Assembly (NCBI GenBank): GCA_976226885.1
Contig: OZ320319.1
Location: 91,822,001-91,886,000 of the forward strand
Reading direction: 5' to 3'
Source: Iphione sp. A-MEVVRFRX5
Lineage: Eukaryota
Length of the DNA: 64,000 nt
Shown here: piece by piece, positions 1 to 12,678 of the stretch
Position numbering within the stretch: position 1 is the first letter of the stretch
Layout of the letters: the number at the start of each line of letters is the position of its first letter
The notes under the pieces: model-generated
Databases searched by the model: none
Told to the model about the DNA's origin: nothing
What the model saw: only the letters and a program-made list of their open reading frames with translations
Translations under genes and position numbers: made by a program

Positions 1-499
1 GAAGATTCACACAAGTGTAATGTCTTCTCCTGTCTGGAGCCCGGTCTATTCTGTGATCTACTTTGTAGTTCTCTCTACTTATTTTTCCTCTTTGTAGCTC
101 TATAATACTAGTTTTCTTATTTTATATATCATAGACTGGTTTTTCTCCTAATTGAGGGAACTTATTTTTGTAATCAATTTCCTGTCTGATAGTTTATATT
201 TCGGTATTGACTTTTTCATCGGTTATTTTTGAGGTGTTGTTTGATACATTGGTTCAATAACCATTTGAGACGTTTAGACTTATGCATCACTTTTATCAAG
301 GTCACTTACTTGAGAGGGTTGGCACAACAGCATCATTAAACCTCTTCTAGTTTCTCCTCTAAAATTCACTGCCTTTCATTTTCTCGAAGAAACAGACAAT
401 TCCATGGCTTTGTCCTTTTGGAACATGATCTTTCATCATATTAATTCTTTTGATTTTGGTTTTAACTCTTTACTAGGCTGGTCAGATGTAAGATCCTGT

Positions 500-1535
500 C
501 CCTACTTGATATATTTATACATCACTTTCCAATACTGGGTAACTTCTCCAGTCTCAGATGAAAGTTTACATGGGATTGATGTATCGGTCATGGAAATTGA
601 AGGATGCTGATCTGAAAACTCATGGTATCTGACCCACACTCTCATTACATATCTCATCTGAAGCCTTAAGTTTCTCTCTGCTTTGCATATTGGATCTAAG
701 GAAAATATTGGATTTTCCTTGTATTTCCTCGGAGGCTGATCCCATGACCAGCCACTGATGTGTTTGAAAATGGCACAAAAATACTTGAGTGGCATTTTGT
801 GGCAATGGCAGTATGTGCTCTTTCGCATCATTCCACGGCTACCAAGAGTATACGGTATGTTCATGGCTTTGATGACCATTAGTTTCACTTTTGATAATGA
901 ATGTATTGCTATTAACTTGCTTTGCTGACTGCATCTCAGTTGGTGCACCTTACCTTTTCTTAATTTGATGTGCTAGCGAACCAGCATACTTTTGCAGAAA
1001 AATATGCACTTGATCAGTATACTTTCAGTATGTCACTGCATAATGGGTGTCTTCTTCCAAGTACCATGAAGCAATTGCAAAAGATAGTATTCAAGTATTT
1101 AGGGAGACAACTACGATCTACATAATGAATTTCAAAAGAAGACCATTCTATCCACTTTATTTGCAGATTAGACTATGCTATTACAACTGGAATAGAAGCT
1201 TTGCTTATCGGAAGATTGAAAGTTGTCAAACAAATATTCTTTACTGTTATTAGCGACATAGCATGGGATTTAGTTTTCAAAGTCTCCAAAACTTAACGCT
1301 CTTGTGTTGTGTTGGTGTGTTCCTACATAGTTTATATAGCAAATAATAGTATAGAGATTTTTCTTACAATAATCTTAGAAGAATTTATCTACCAGTATGG
1401 CGATCACTAATTAAGTGAGGAGTTATTATAACCAAATGTATAACTGTGCTTCAAAGTTTTATTCTCTCTTTCCAAACCATTATTTGTTCTGATGACATAA
1501 GCCAGACCCTCATCATTACATGCATATGTCCAGGA
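500..1535 (-). pseudogene. MULE/Mutator-like transposase, 3' exons (catalytic E region and SWIM finger), degraded
   Basis: After the acceptor ctccatag (exon starts 1535) the minus strand reads SWTYACNDEGLAYVIRTNNGLERENKTLKHSY, matching the MULE TNNGxER motif. About 1040-700 reads FIIKSET...CHCHKMPLKYFCAIFKHISGWSWDQPPRKYKENPIFSLDP, a decayed SWIM CxC..CxH region. Stops and frameshifts are present. Confidence 0.7.
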
Positions 1536-1872
1536 CTATGGAGAGAAATAAACATAATTTTAAAAAAAACAAGTTTTAAGTTTCAAATAGTTTATTCACA
1601 TCTCTTTGGACCACATCAAAAGGTACACGGAGAGTCGTTATAATTACAGTGTTGAAAACAGACATTTAATCTGCGTTGGATTGTATGTAGAAAAAAGGGG
1701 AGGGGGCCTACTAGCATGTCTCCAGTGAAATAGCATGGCTAGACAACCCTGAGCTAATACCATAAATGAGGACATACAAGGCACTTGGTTTACGATTTCA
1801 TTGCCCCATCATAAACCCTTGCATGCTGGTTAACTTTATTCCCCATCGCGGACTAAGGTAGTAGCAAACTAC

Positions 1873-2145
1873 CTAGATAAGACTTTTCACATTTAGCAGT
1901 TCTTCATCACTCATCTCTGATTCTTCCTCTTTGGGAGATACCATTATTTTCTTCAAGGCTGTTAAAATGCTTTTCCGCTGTGCCTCATAGGCACGTAATT
2001 TTCTTCTAATTCTAGTAATCGAATTGTCCAACCTTTGTAAGTCCTTCACCAGAACCTCCCTTTCACTGACCAGACCCTTCAACTCACCGCCGAAGTCGTC
2101 CTCTTTTAAGCACATTTCGGCCAAACGTTGCTGAAGATTCTCCAT
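1873..2145 (-). CDS. small coiled-coil/acidic protein (90 aa) in the Helitron 3' region
   Basis: ATG at 2145 directly follows an acceptor-like tttgtccag. The ORF is open (MENLQQRLAEM...EEESEMSDEELLNVKSLI) with a heptad pattern. AATAAA lies about 35 nt past the stop (1835-1840). No family recognised. Confidence 0.5.
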   Translation of the reverse strand: MENLQQRLAEMCLKEDDFGGELKGLVSEREVLVKDLQRLDNSITRIRRKLRAYEAQRKSILTALKKIMVSPKEEESEMSDEELLNVKSLI

Positions 2146-2888
2146 CTGGACAAAGAGTGATAGGCACAACTAGTAAACAAATATAATTTTTATACTTTTC
2201 CTTGAATATTTAATAAACACTACACAAATGTCAACTTTCCTTATGTAAATTATAAAAGTAATATTTATTCTATGAACACTCCCATGTAATAAACAGTGCA
2301 ACGCATCACTTAGTAGAAACAACTTATAAAGAGAACTGCAAACTATAATCATTTGTCTCCAAGAAGGTACATTAAGTTACTGCTACATAGGTTACTTTTT
2401 ATTCACCAAAGCTGTTTTCATGACCTCATGAATTGACATTTACTCGACATATGCTTACAGCAACATTGAAAGCAAGATGTACATTTTATTTACTTCTGTG
2501 AAAATGTCACCTGCATCTATCTCCAAAATGATCCAGGCTAGCAGTAAATGCTGAACAATTTGGAAAAATGAAAATGTTACATCATTGCTAAGGAGATTTG
2601 TGATATCAACTTTCAAGTTGCAAAAAGCTTTCCACCATGCATCAATTTTGATTACACTGCCTGTGAAACAATGCAGATATAGAGTAAATCGAGAGGGTAT
2701 TGGCCATCAACATATTCATATTTCGGCTTAAGATGTATTAAATTACTATCTCAAGTTATGCATAAATGGATATACAAATTACAATGACAGATCCCTTGAT
2801 TCTGAATTTCCATTTACCATAAATATATTAATGAAAACGGATGAAAAGATTCAATTTCCCTGAAACATTAATCAAAATGGACAAAAAC

Positions 2889-5800
2889 TCAATGAAAATT
2901 AAAGAGATTTGTATATGGACGAAAAACATACACATCGTCACTTCTTTTCAGCAAGGCTGTGTAATGTCTATTTCTTAGGCTAAAGTGTAAGCATATAGGC
3001 TCAGTTTGATATCTGCCAGTTTTCAATTCTTCAGGAACTTGGAAGATTAGATGATTCCCCAAATTATTATCATGTCTTTGAAAAGCAGCCACTAATTCAT
3101 CTGAACTGATACTTGTTGGCAAACAAAACCTACCATCGATCAAGAATGTTGAATATACACAAATATCCCTTTGAAGCACTATTGCAAGAGCTAGAACATG
3201 AAACTCATTTCCCCACTCTTTGTCTAATCTTGCTGTTTTAACCAGCTTGTAGAACTCCTCCAAAGCACTGTTAGCATTCCTGACAGTGTCCATATCAATA
3301 ACGGACAAAAAGAAATCCTTCTTTGTCCACAAACATTCAACTGTGAGAAGTTTGAGTGTAAGTCTGTGAATTTCAGATCCAGAAAGAGAAAGGGAAAAGG
3401 CATTCCAAAGACAGTTTCCATCACCTGTAGTTTTCACCGGAACATAGTTGGACAGGAATACAGGATGCAACTCCTTCTCGACTTTGGCATCAATGAGATG
3501 TTCTCTACAGATAACTGGACGTAATTGTTGAAGAACCATTTTAAACATTTTTAATGTTGGATCATACAACTTGATCAATTTTGATATTGCTTCAGGCTGA
3601 ATTGTAGGTTTAAAATAACTGTAGGTGAACTTATATCTTAATGTTTTGTACGTCTTTTTTTTCTTTTCCCTCAATTGCCTCTCTTCTTTCCCAGAACAGT
3701 CATTCATCCTTCTTACTGAAACTTCTTTTGAATGGGAGTCATTTGCTCCTGTATTTCCCTCAGACTTTCTCATAATCTGAACTGCATCTCTTAAATAATA
3801 TTCCTCTTTTCTGGAGATTGCTACATGACCAATATCTCCAGGGAGATGATCTATTCCCTGTACACAAATTGTTCCATCATCATGTGTCATTTTATCGGAA
3901 TTTAAATGATGACCCACTGCATCTTCCTCATTTGACCCAAACACACTCAGATGCCCAGTTTCCCTTGCATTTGCCATCATCTCAATGACAACTTTGTTTG
4001 ATTGGATGGCTTTCTTGTCAAATGTAACCAGATGCAGATCATCTAACTTGGACACCCTGCTTAACTCTTTCCTGGCCACCATAAATAGGGTTTTCAGTAG
4101 ATAGAGCTATCATACAAGTTATGATTTAATACTACTAGCCTTGTGGTGATGTTTGCTATATCATTCTATATATGAAACTAAACAATTTGAAATGGAGCTT
4201 CTCCTGTGATAGTACCATTTCATTTCATTGGTTACCATGGTAACACCGCACAGTTGAATATTGGGTGTTATCGAGTAAAATTTGTATAAATTTGCATAAA
4301 TTTGCATAATTTCCAATAAAAGAACAATAAATATTTACTTTAGAGAAAAATACCTAATTACAAAAATGTTCAGGAAGTGTTTTGCTACATTTTCATGTAT
4401 TCATTGTTTATATGTGTGAAGGTAGTCACGTTTTACGAATATCTGTGATGTCATATGTTTGATGCCAAAATGGCTCATTTTTGACATCACTGACATCATT
4501 GATGTAAGAGTAAAGAATGTTGATATGTTGCCATGGCAACAGAACATAGAATTAATTCAAAACTTTAGTTTGGTCTTCGGTCTTTGGTCTTTGGTCTTCA
4601 TCTTTATGAAGTAAGATAAATATTTTATGAAAAGGTTTGGTATAAAAATATGCCTTTCTGGTATTGATGGTTTTCATTTTCATCACACAAATCCCAATTG
4701 GTCATGTGACCTGTTTCCATGGAAACAATAATTTCATGAATATGTCAGTAGAAATAAGAAGCAGGAGACTAGGTGACCACATTTCAATAAATGAAACAGA
4801 CTTATTTAAAAGTCACATTTGTAGAAAGACAAGAAAACCATCATCCATATGTGGATGATATAGCATTGGTCGGCCAGGAAAGGGTTAAGGCAACATATGC
4901 CTGGCCAAATGCAAAAAGGGAACTGTCCATATAGATGAACGTCTTCCCAAGAGACATTCCTTGTGTCCTATGAACTGTACATGCCCAACAAAGAATTATG
5001 GGAAATTGCACTCGGTAGACATGCATTCCACAGGATTTTAAATATGCTTTCTGCTTTACACGAGGCACAGGCATGACATCGCTACCATCTAGCCTTTCAA
5101 CTAGCAACACTTTTCTCTGAACAGATCTGAGAATTCCAGGCGTACCATTTACAACACTCTGGGCAACATCTAAGTTTCTGGTTATCATTACTTTGGCTCC
5201 TTCTCTTACAGTAAGTTGTTTGGCCATTATTCCTTTGACATGGTCTAGAATATCAGAATACTCCATTGACAGATAGTTGCCACCTTCATCATAATCATAT
5301 GCTTTAAGTTGAAAGAGTGGCTTATCTTTCAGAAGAGCTTCCTGTAATCGCTCGTTAATCATATTCCTTTCTGCATGTCTTGCACAAAGGACAAATGAAA
5401 ATGGATCAGCAAAACTGTCACATTCAGATGTCTTTTTATGACCCACACCACATACTCGACCCTGCAGCACCTCCAAATCCTCATTGGACTGAACACCTTC
5501 TCTAAGCCTATTGAGTATACCTTGAAACAGAATATCTCCTTTCTGTCTGCAATTTTCCTTGAGAAAGAATGGTTTAAATAGCGACCACAGAGGGCTAGAA
5601 TACAGCGGGCGAAAACATGGAGCACTAACAACAGCGGGCAGTTGAAACAGATCACCAAAAAGTAAGAGTGTCTTGCCACCAAATGGTTTCAATTTTCCTC
5701 CCACACCTGAAACATCACGACAAATCATGTCAATTGTTTCCAATAACTCACCACTCATCATGCTTACTTCATCAATTATAAAAACATCAGTAGCTGCTAT

Positions 5801-8800
5801 TGCACTCCATGTCTGGTCTCTGTAACTAAATGATCTTTCAAGTTCACAGGACAATTTGAAAAATGAATGAATAGTTTGACCACCTATCAATTGGGCAGCA
5901 TTACCAGAAGTGGCCAATACCTCAACAATATTTGCTGCTGATTCAAATTGAAGCATTATTGTGTGTAGTAAGAATGATTTTCCAGTTCCCCCCGGACCTG
6001 TGATAAACATTAAGTTCTGCTTTGCCATACGATCAATAACATAATCAAAAACTTCCTTCTGACTGCAAGTTAGATTTTGAACCCTTATAGCCAAATCCTT
6101 CTTTTCTGCTAGTATCTTCATTCTATTACATGTTACTAATTTCTGTATATCGGGATCCATTTCACTCACTTCCTCCATCAGGGAAACATTTTGGTAGCAA
6201 TCAAGATCTGAATCATCAAAGGGAATAGGTTCACCATACTCAAGGTCAGCAATTTTTTGCGATAGCGTAGCAGCATCTGCCAGCTGCTCATGGAGCATTT
6301 TCTTTGCAACCTTTGCAATCAAGAATGGATCATAATTTTTGCGTTTCATTTCTTTGAAACTGACATCAATCTCATCATCATTTTTGAATACTTCTTGTAT
6401 GAAACATTCTTCTCTAAATGTTCTAGAAACATTTTCATCATTGATTAACTCTGCTTCACATCTAAATGGAATTTTCAAAAGAAGCTGCTGATAGTAAAAC
6501 TGTTCCCCGTCAGTAGCATTGAGAAATCGGTACCTAGGGACTAAGGGCTCTCTCTTAACTATGACCCTACCCTTCATGTCAATGAAGAAAGCTTTGGATT
6601 TTGGTTTCTTGCTAACAACTTTATACTCACATGTATATGTAGACAAAGTCATGGCATTAAATTCAGCATTAACAGGTCTTGTTTCATAGGCCTCTCTAGG
6701 TCCATCTACAAACACATTTATGCTTTCAGGATCTTGCTCTTGAATTTCACCTAGAGGCTTCAAAGGTCTGATTCTCTCATCTGGAAAGTTGGTATCTATA
6801 TACTTTTCCTGGCAATCAGAGTTCACAATAGGGTATGATAACTGTATAGCAATGGCTTCAGGTGCACCAACCAGACGTGACTGAAGGTACCTGGACACCT
6901 CAGAATCAGTTTTGATGTCGGCTGTAAATGTGGGTTCTACCTTTGAGATGTATTTAACCAAATACCTCTCCAAACCAGTAATTGTGATCAACTGCACATT
7001 CAAATGTGCATCCCACATAGTAAGCAGTAATGGATTATATGGCACAACACACTGATCCTCAGCCATACACCTTTTGTATTGATATCGAGTACCAGTGGAG
7101 TCGTACCCATCGGTTTCACGTTAAGCAAATGGGAACCCATATTTGCATTTATTGGTGACTTCACCTTTCCATGTGCGAAAGCATCTGTTGGTAACACAGT
7201 GATGAACCTGATATTTCTCCACTAATCCACATAGGGCAATTGTTTCTGGATCATTACCTCGAGGCATTTGTGCAAGAACACTGTTATCTTTTAGTGTACC
7301 TCCTTTCAACCATATCATGCCATGAATATGTAATGCTCCTCTATTCTGTGCTTCAACTCTATACCAATGATGAAGAGCCTCACCAAACAGACAATCTTTG
7401 CCCCACAAAAATCTTTGCAAACCATGAAAACGTTCAAAAAAATACACAGTTGGCTGAACAGGATTAAGAATGCTTACATTTGATTCATATTGTTCTAAGT
7501 TACTTGGTTGTTCTGGAGCATCAAAGTGACTTGCAGGAAAAATGAGACCACTACTTTCTTCCATCTCTGAAGCTGACAGCTGCCCATCATTCATAAATCG
7601 AATGTCAGGTGTCCTTCTTGGCAAGCCACAGAAAAGTCCTGCAGCAGAGGAAGTCTCCATATCCATGAATGCTCTCAAGGTTCGACAGGAAGTCCCTATA
7701 AAACGAATTGTTCTGTTTAAGCCAACGAAGGCAAGGTTTTACCTCATTGAGGCTCATATCAATATCTGAACATTCCCCATCATGAAACGCACCAATCATT
7801 CCTCTCAAATTCTTTTCAGTATTTTTGCCAATTTGTACATTTCCATGAAGGTGCAAGTAGCTAAAGCCAATTTTCTTGAATGTTGAACAGTAAACACTCC
7901 CAATAGAAAGCTTTTGAAATTGACTGTAAGATTTCAGCTTTTGGATACAGGAAGGCTGCTCACCATAATTATTAAAAAAATTGAACTGTCTGTGTGACTT
8001 TTGTATGTATTTAGTTCTGCAATTTCGACATGCCGATGTTAAAACATCATTTTTATGCTTTTTCATCAAAATACAAACTGGACTGTCTTCAGGAATTAAG
8101 ACTTCAGATAACTGTTCCTCCTCAGGCAAATTGCAAATCCAGTTTACACTGCGAAGGTACAGAATCCTACCACAGATACAGCAAACTGCAGCAGGTTTGA
8201 CACTATCAAGATGTGTCCTGAAATTGTTCACCACTTGCCACTTGTCTAAGTCTACATCTATATTTGAATTCGTCATGGATCTTGTGTGACATGGATTACT
8301 CAAAGGTATGGACTCCTCATGATAATTTTCTTCTGAATAGTTATTGGACTTTGGGTTAATGTTACCAATATCACATGAATTGATTCTGTCTTTACTTTGG
8401 ACAATAGATGAACAATTCTTAGGAAGTATACTTGAAGACATAGACATCACCTCATCAACTTGACTTGATTCATCAGACATGAATGGAACATCCCAACTAA
8501 CACGTGTCTGATTTACTTCACAGCAGCTCTGATCATTGCTTATTTCATCAACACATTCATTGATTACTTCATGATCCATTGAATGATGCCCACTACTTTT
8601 GTCAGCCCCACAATCCTCAGTGACACATGTGGAATTCAATTGTCTGTAGCTACTATTAGTGTTAATATCAGCAACAAATGTAGAGAATGAAACATTACTG
8701 TCATTGAGTAAGTCATGATCCGCACCCATGGAGACATCTTCCATTGAGTGATAACTAATGCTTTTCTTAGCCACCAAATCCACAATCTCATCATCCTCGA

Positions 8801-8990
8801 CCATGCATACATCTTCCATTGAATAATAGCCAATACTTTTGTCAGCCCCAAAAGGTGTACCATTGTTTTTGCTGTAATTGTGCTCATTGTTTCCATCGTC
8901 AAGGCCCATACAAAAATTATTTGTCATGTTAGGTGCACTGCCCAAAACTGGCGATTCATGCACATGTTCTTTGGAATCATCAATCTCCAT
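2889..8990 (-). pseudogene. Helitron Rep - PIF1 helicase - OTU-like cysteine protease polyprotein, disrupted
   Basis: N-terminal CxxC..CxxC finger; Rep motif II EAQNRGALHIH; motif III YLVKYISK; PIF1 motifs GPGGTGKS, IDEVSM, GDLFQLP, TVHRTQGMS, GQAYVAL|SRV; OTU motifs GDGNCL, WGNEFHVLALA, HYTAL. Lesions: a frameshift at about 7660, an in-frame TAA at 7121-7123, and the MITE at 4065-4884. Confidence 0.93.
4065..4884. mobile_element. non-autonomous piggyBac-type MITE (820 bp)
   Basis: TTAA at 4061-4064 and 4885-4888. TIRs are CTCTTTCCTGGCC and its near-inverse GGCCAGGAAAGGG. Removal restores gcc tta agc agg gtg (ALSRV) in frame. The TIR resembles those of piggyBac copies B and C. Confidence 0.95.
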
Positions 8991-9299
8991 AATGAAATGC
9001 TACTTTAACCAATTACAACAATCCTGATTTCATGGGAAATATAAATGGTAATAACTACTACCAAAGTTAACAACAACGCAAGAAAAAGTCAAAAACACTC
9101 TCTACATGAATGCTTTCCTAACATATTTGTTCATAGTTTGCAGCTGTGCTGAAAAGATGAATAATATCGGTCTTATCTGACAAAAAATGTCCCTTTATTA
9201 GAGATCTCATTTATCAACTGAAACAGTTTAGCAAGTTTTCACAAAAAATTTAGTCTACATTATTCTATGTCCTGACAGATCCTCCAAAAAAAAAACAAC

Positions 9300-10870
9300 T
9301 TTGCCCTATTGATGCATGGTAGCAGAAATAAAGTCAAGTGCACCAACCAAAATTAAAACAAAAAAAAAAAGAAAACAACACAACCAGCCCAAACGGTCTA
9401 AACCAAAGTCCCCTGGACAAAAGTTCCTGCTTGCCCTATTGATGCATGGGAGCAGAAACCATGTCAAGTGGACCAACCAAAACCAACAACCAAAAAAAAA
9501 ACAACACAACCAAACCCAAACGGTCTAAACCAAAGGCCCCTGGACCAAAAATTGATGCATGGGAGCCAAAGTCATAGAAACTGAGCCAAACAAAAATTTA
9601 ACAAATCCCATGTCAATCACCTTTTTCGTCTTTCCAACAAATCCTAAGAAATTCTAGAAGATAGAAAGAAAGCAATCAGCTATGGTTTGTCAAAAATAAC
9701 ATCACCTACTACCAACATGAAAAAGTACACCTGTCTTAGCTATTTTCACTAACCAAATTCTTTTCTAATGTTAACTAATTCTTACTACTTAAACATTAAC
9801 CAGTCACAAATATTAATGTTTTAAGTATAGAAGTGAACAGAACATATCACATTTCCTCTACACCAAAGACTATCCCTACCGATCAGAGGAGCAGAAGTCA
9901 TGAAAACTAAGCCAAAGAGAACAAATGAAAACAAAGCCCACGGTTGTCAACCCAAGGCCCCCAGTGTAAGTCATAGACCAAAACTATAGACCAAAGGGCC
10001 CAGGACAAAAAGTTCCTCCTTACGCAGTTGATGCATGGGAACAGTAACCATCTGAAGTAGAACAACCAAAAGAAAAACAACCGAAAAAAAAAGGAACATA
10101 CGAAACTGTGGTCCCTGGGCAAGACTGCGGTCCCTGGGCAAAATGTTCCTGCTTGCCCAGGTAATGAATGGAACCATGTCAAGTGGACCAACCAAAAAGA
10201 AAACAACCTCAAAAAAAAAAGTAACATACCAAACTGTGGTCCCAGGGCAAAATGTTCCTGCTTGCCCAGGTAATGAATGGAACCATGTCAAGTGGACCAA
10301 CCAAAAAGAAAACAACCTCAAAAAAAAAGTAACATACCAAACTGTGGTCCCAGGGCAAAATGTTCCTGCTTGCCCAGGTAATGAATGGAACCATGTCAAG
10401 TGGACCAACCAATAGGAAAACAACCAAAAAAAAAACCAAAAGAACATACCAAAACTGTGTAGACCAAAGCAGTTATCATGTCAAGTGGACCAACCAAAAG
10501 GAAACCAACCAAAAAAAATAAAAAGAACCATGTTGTTACTGGAGAACAATCTAAAAAAAAAAAGGAAAATACCAAAACTGTGGTCCCCGGGCAAGACTGT
10601 GGTCTTGTAATCATGTCAAGTGGACCAACCAAAAGGAAAACAACCAAAAAAACCCAAAAAGAACATACCAAAACTGCGTAGACCAAAGGTCCCTTGGCAA
10701 AAACTTTCTGCTTGCCCTGGTAATGCATGGAAACAGTAACCAACCAAAAGGAAACCAACAAAAAAAAAAAAAGCAAAACAACGAACCGAAACGCTGTAGA
10801 CCAAAGATCCCTTGGCAAAAACTTCCTGTCTGCCCTAGTGATGCACCAAAGCAGAAACCATGTCAAATGC
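9300..10870. repeat. A-rich tandem repeat region in the Helitron 5' part, about 108-bp core unit
   Basis: Near-identical units start at 10141, 10250 and 10358 (aaatgttcctgcttgcccaggtaatgaatggaaccatgtcaagtggaccaacc...). Diverged copies sharing atgtcaagtggaccaacc occur from about 9460 to about 10630. Confidence 0.9.
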
Positions 10871-11630
10871 ACCAAACAAAAGCTGGAAACAAAAAAGGGG
10901 GCGCGGGAAAATACATACTCGTAAATGCAACCTACATGCACTAGATACACTAGAAACAATGGGGAGCTCCCTCTGGTTATGCGGGATGACTGCCGCCCCC
11001 ACCTGAAACGGGCTAAGTGTCTTCGAATTACCCTGACAAACCAAAACCCAAACTACAAAAAATTACCCAAATTGCAAAGACAAACAACCAGATAATTGAA
11101 CACCAATGACAATGCAATGCAAACACATACCAATATACACACCAGTGTGCAACCACTTCTTCATAACCAGATAATTGAACCACAAAACATCTCGCCCGCT
11201 ACCAAATCCGCCACCAACTGTAGCATCATGCCGTCCCTTCCACGTCAACCTCTGATACTGAAACCAACTGGAGAGACCATATATAACCAGCGAAAACAAA
11301 GTTGAGTAAGTCAACAACTTGTAAGTTATTCGAAAACAAACTACCCAAAATTCAACATACAGTGAAAACACTAGAAAGAATAGATCAGTCAGAGTGCTGA
11401 AGAGTTGTCGCCGGTGCACTCCCGTAACTACCAACACGTGGCCTGGTCGTCTCTTCAAAAAACAGTAGTACTAAACAACTGCGCGGCTACATAAGAGCAG
11501 AAACAGAAACAAAAACCTGATGGCAGCACAGATAAGCAAGGCAGTACCCCACATTCTGCTACAAACCGAAAACCGACGAAAGAAATTTAAGACCAAACTA
11601 AAAACCACTCTCTGTGAACTAAAAACAGAT

Positions 11631-12678
11631 ACTTACCTTTCGAAACCTTCATCCAGACTGCGCGAAAAAAGTCAGAAAGCGTCTATACGCATGCGCACGA
11701 TCCAAAGATGCGGGAAATACCAAATTAGCATACATTAGCATATCGCGCGACAATGATGACATCAGCCGCACCATCCAGCCCGCCACCCTGGATACACTGG
11801 AGACGGTGACGGCGACGGCGGCGGTGGCGGCGGCGGCGGCGGCTGCAACTGCTATCACTGACACACTGCCAAGCACTCCATTGGTTCTGACATGCATGCT
11901 CACGAAAAGACACAACCTAAACAAAAATCCAATAACTTCACTGTCCTAGACAAAATAAAAACAAACAAAAATACATATATTCCAAAAACGAACAACTACA
12001 TGGCACTGTCAAACACACATGAGCGGTTACCAAATCGAACGGTACCATGCCGGTCCTACCAGATAACAAATGGGCAGAAAAAAAAAGACGACCAAATCCG
12101 AACGGAAATCCAGATAACGGAACATCACCGCCAATGACGGCCTGGCTGGCAACTAAAAAAAAAAACAAAAACAAAAACAAAAAAACAACTACATGGCACT
12201 GTCAAGCACACATGAGTGGTGACCAAATCGAACGGTACCATGCCGGTCCTACCGGATAACAAATGGGCAGGAAAAAAAAAGACAACCAAATCCGAACGGA
12301 AATCCAGACACCTGATGATAGAAGACACTATGGCCTCATCTCAAATGGTACCACGCTGATACAACCAGATAAAAGTCCTATAAATCCTATACAACCAGAT
12401 AAAAGAACATCACCGCCAAGGACGGCCCCCCCCCCCAAAAAAAAAAGACTAAAAATGACTATCACTTAATAATAATAATCACAAACACAAAGAACTATAA
12501 CAATAATAAATGCAAATACAAACAGGCATCGTCCCTCATGCCGTTAAGGCCGCGCACGGCACGAGCACGATGCCAACTAAGAAACACGTCCTTACCTGAT
12601 GAAAACTAGATGCAGACTGCGCGAAAAAGTGAAAAATGCGCTTACACGCATGCGCACGATGCAAACAGGCGGGAATTT
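11631..12678 (-). promoter_or_regulatory. two copies of a promoter/first-exon-like unit of the Helitron
   Basis: 11631-11718 and 12591-12678 share gactgcgcgaaaaa...cgcatgcgcacgat...gcgggaa (NRF1-like CGCATGCGCA). Each is followed on the minus strand by a G|GTAAG donor. A (GGC)n tract lies at about 11804-11843. Confidence 0.4.
11991..12310. repeat. tandem duplication of about 125 bp
   Basis: acaactacatggcactgtca...ggtaccatgccggtcctacc...ccgaacggaaatccaga occurs at 11991-12117 and 12184-12310. Confidence 0.9.

Noticed and set aside
255-345. Hammerhead-like or THAP-end-like (DAVVPT) snippets
   Set aside because: The core nucleotides and surrounding residues are too divergent and could be chance matches.
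9907-10959. Many overlapping Lys-rich and Phe-rich ORFs
   Set aside because: They are products of the A-rich tandem repeats, with no domain motifs.
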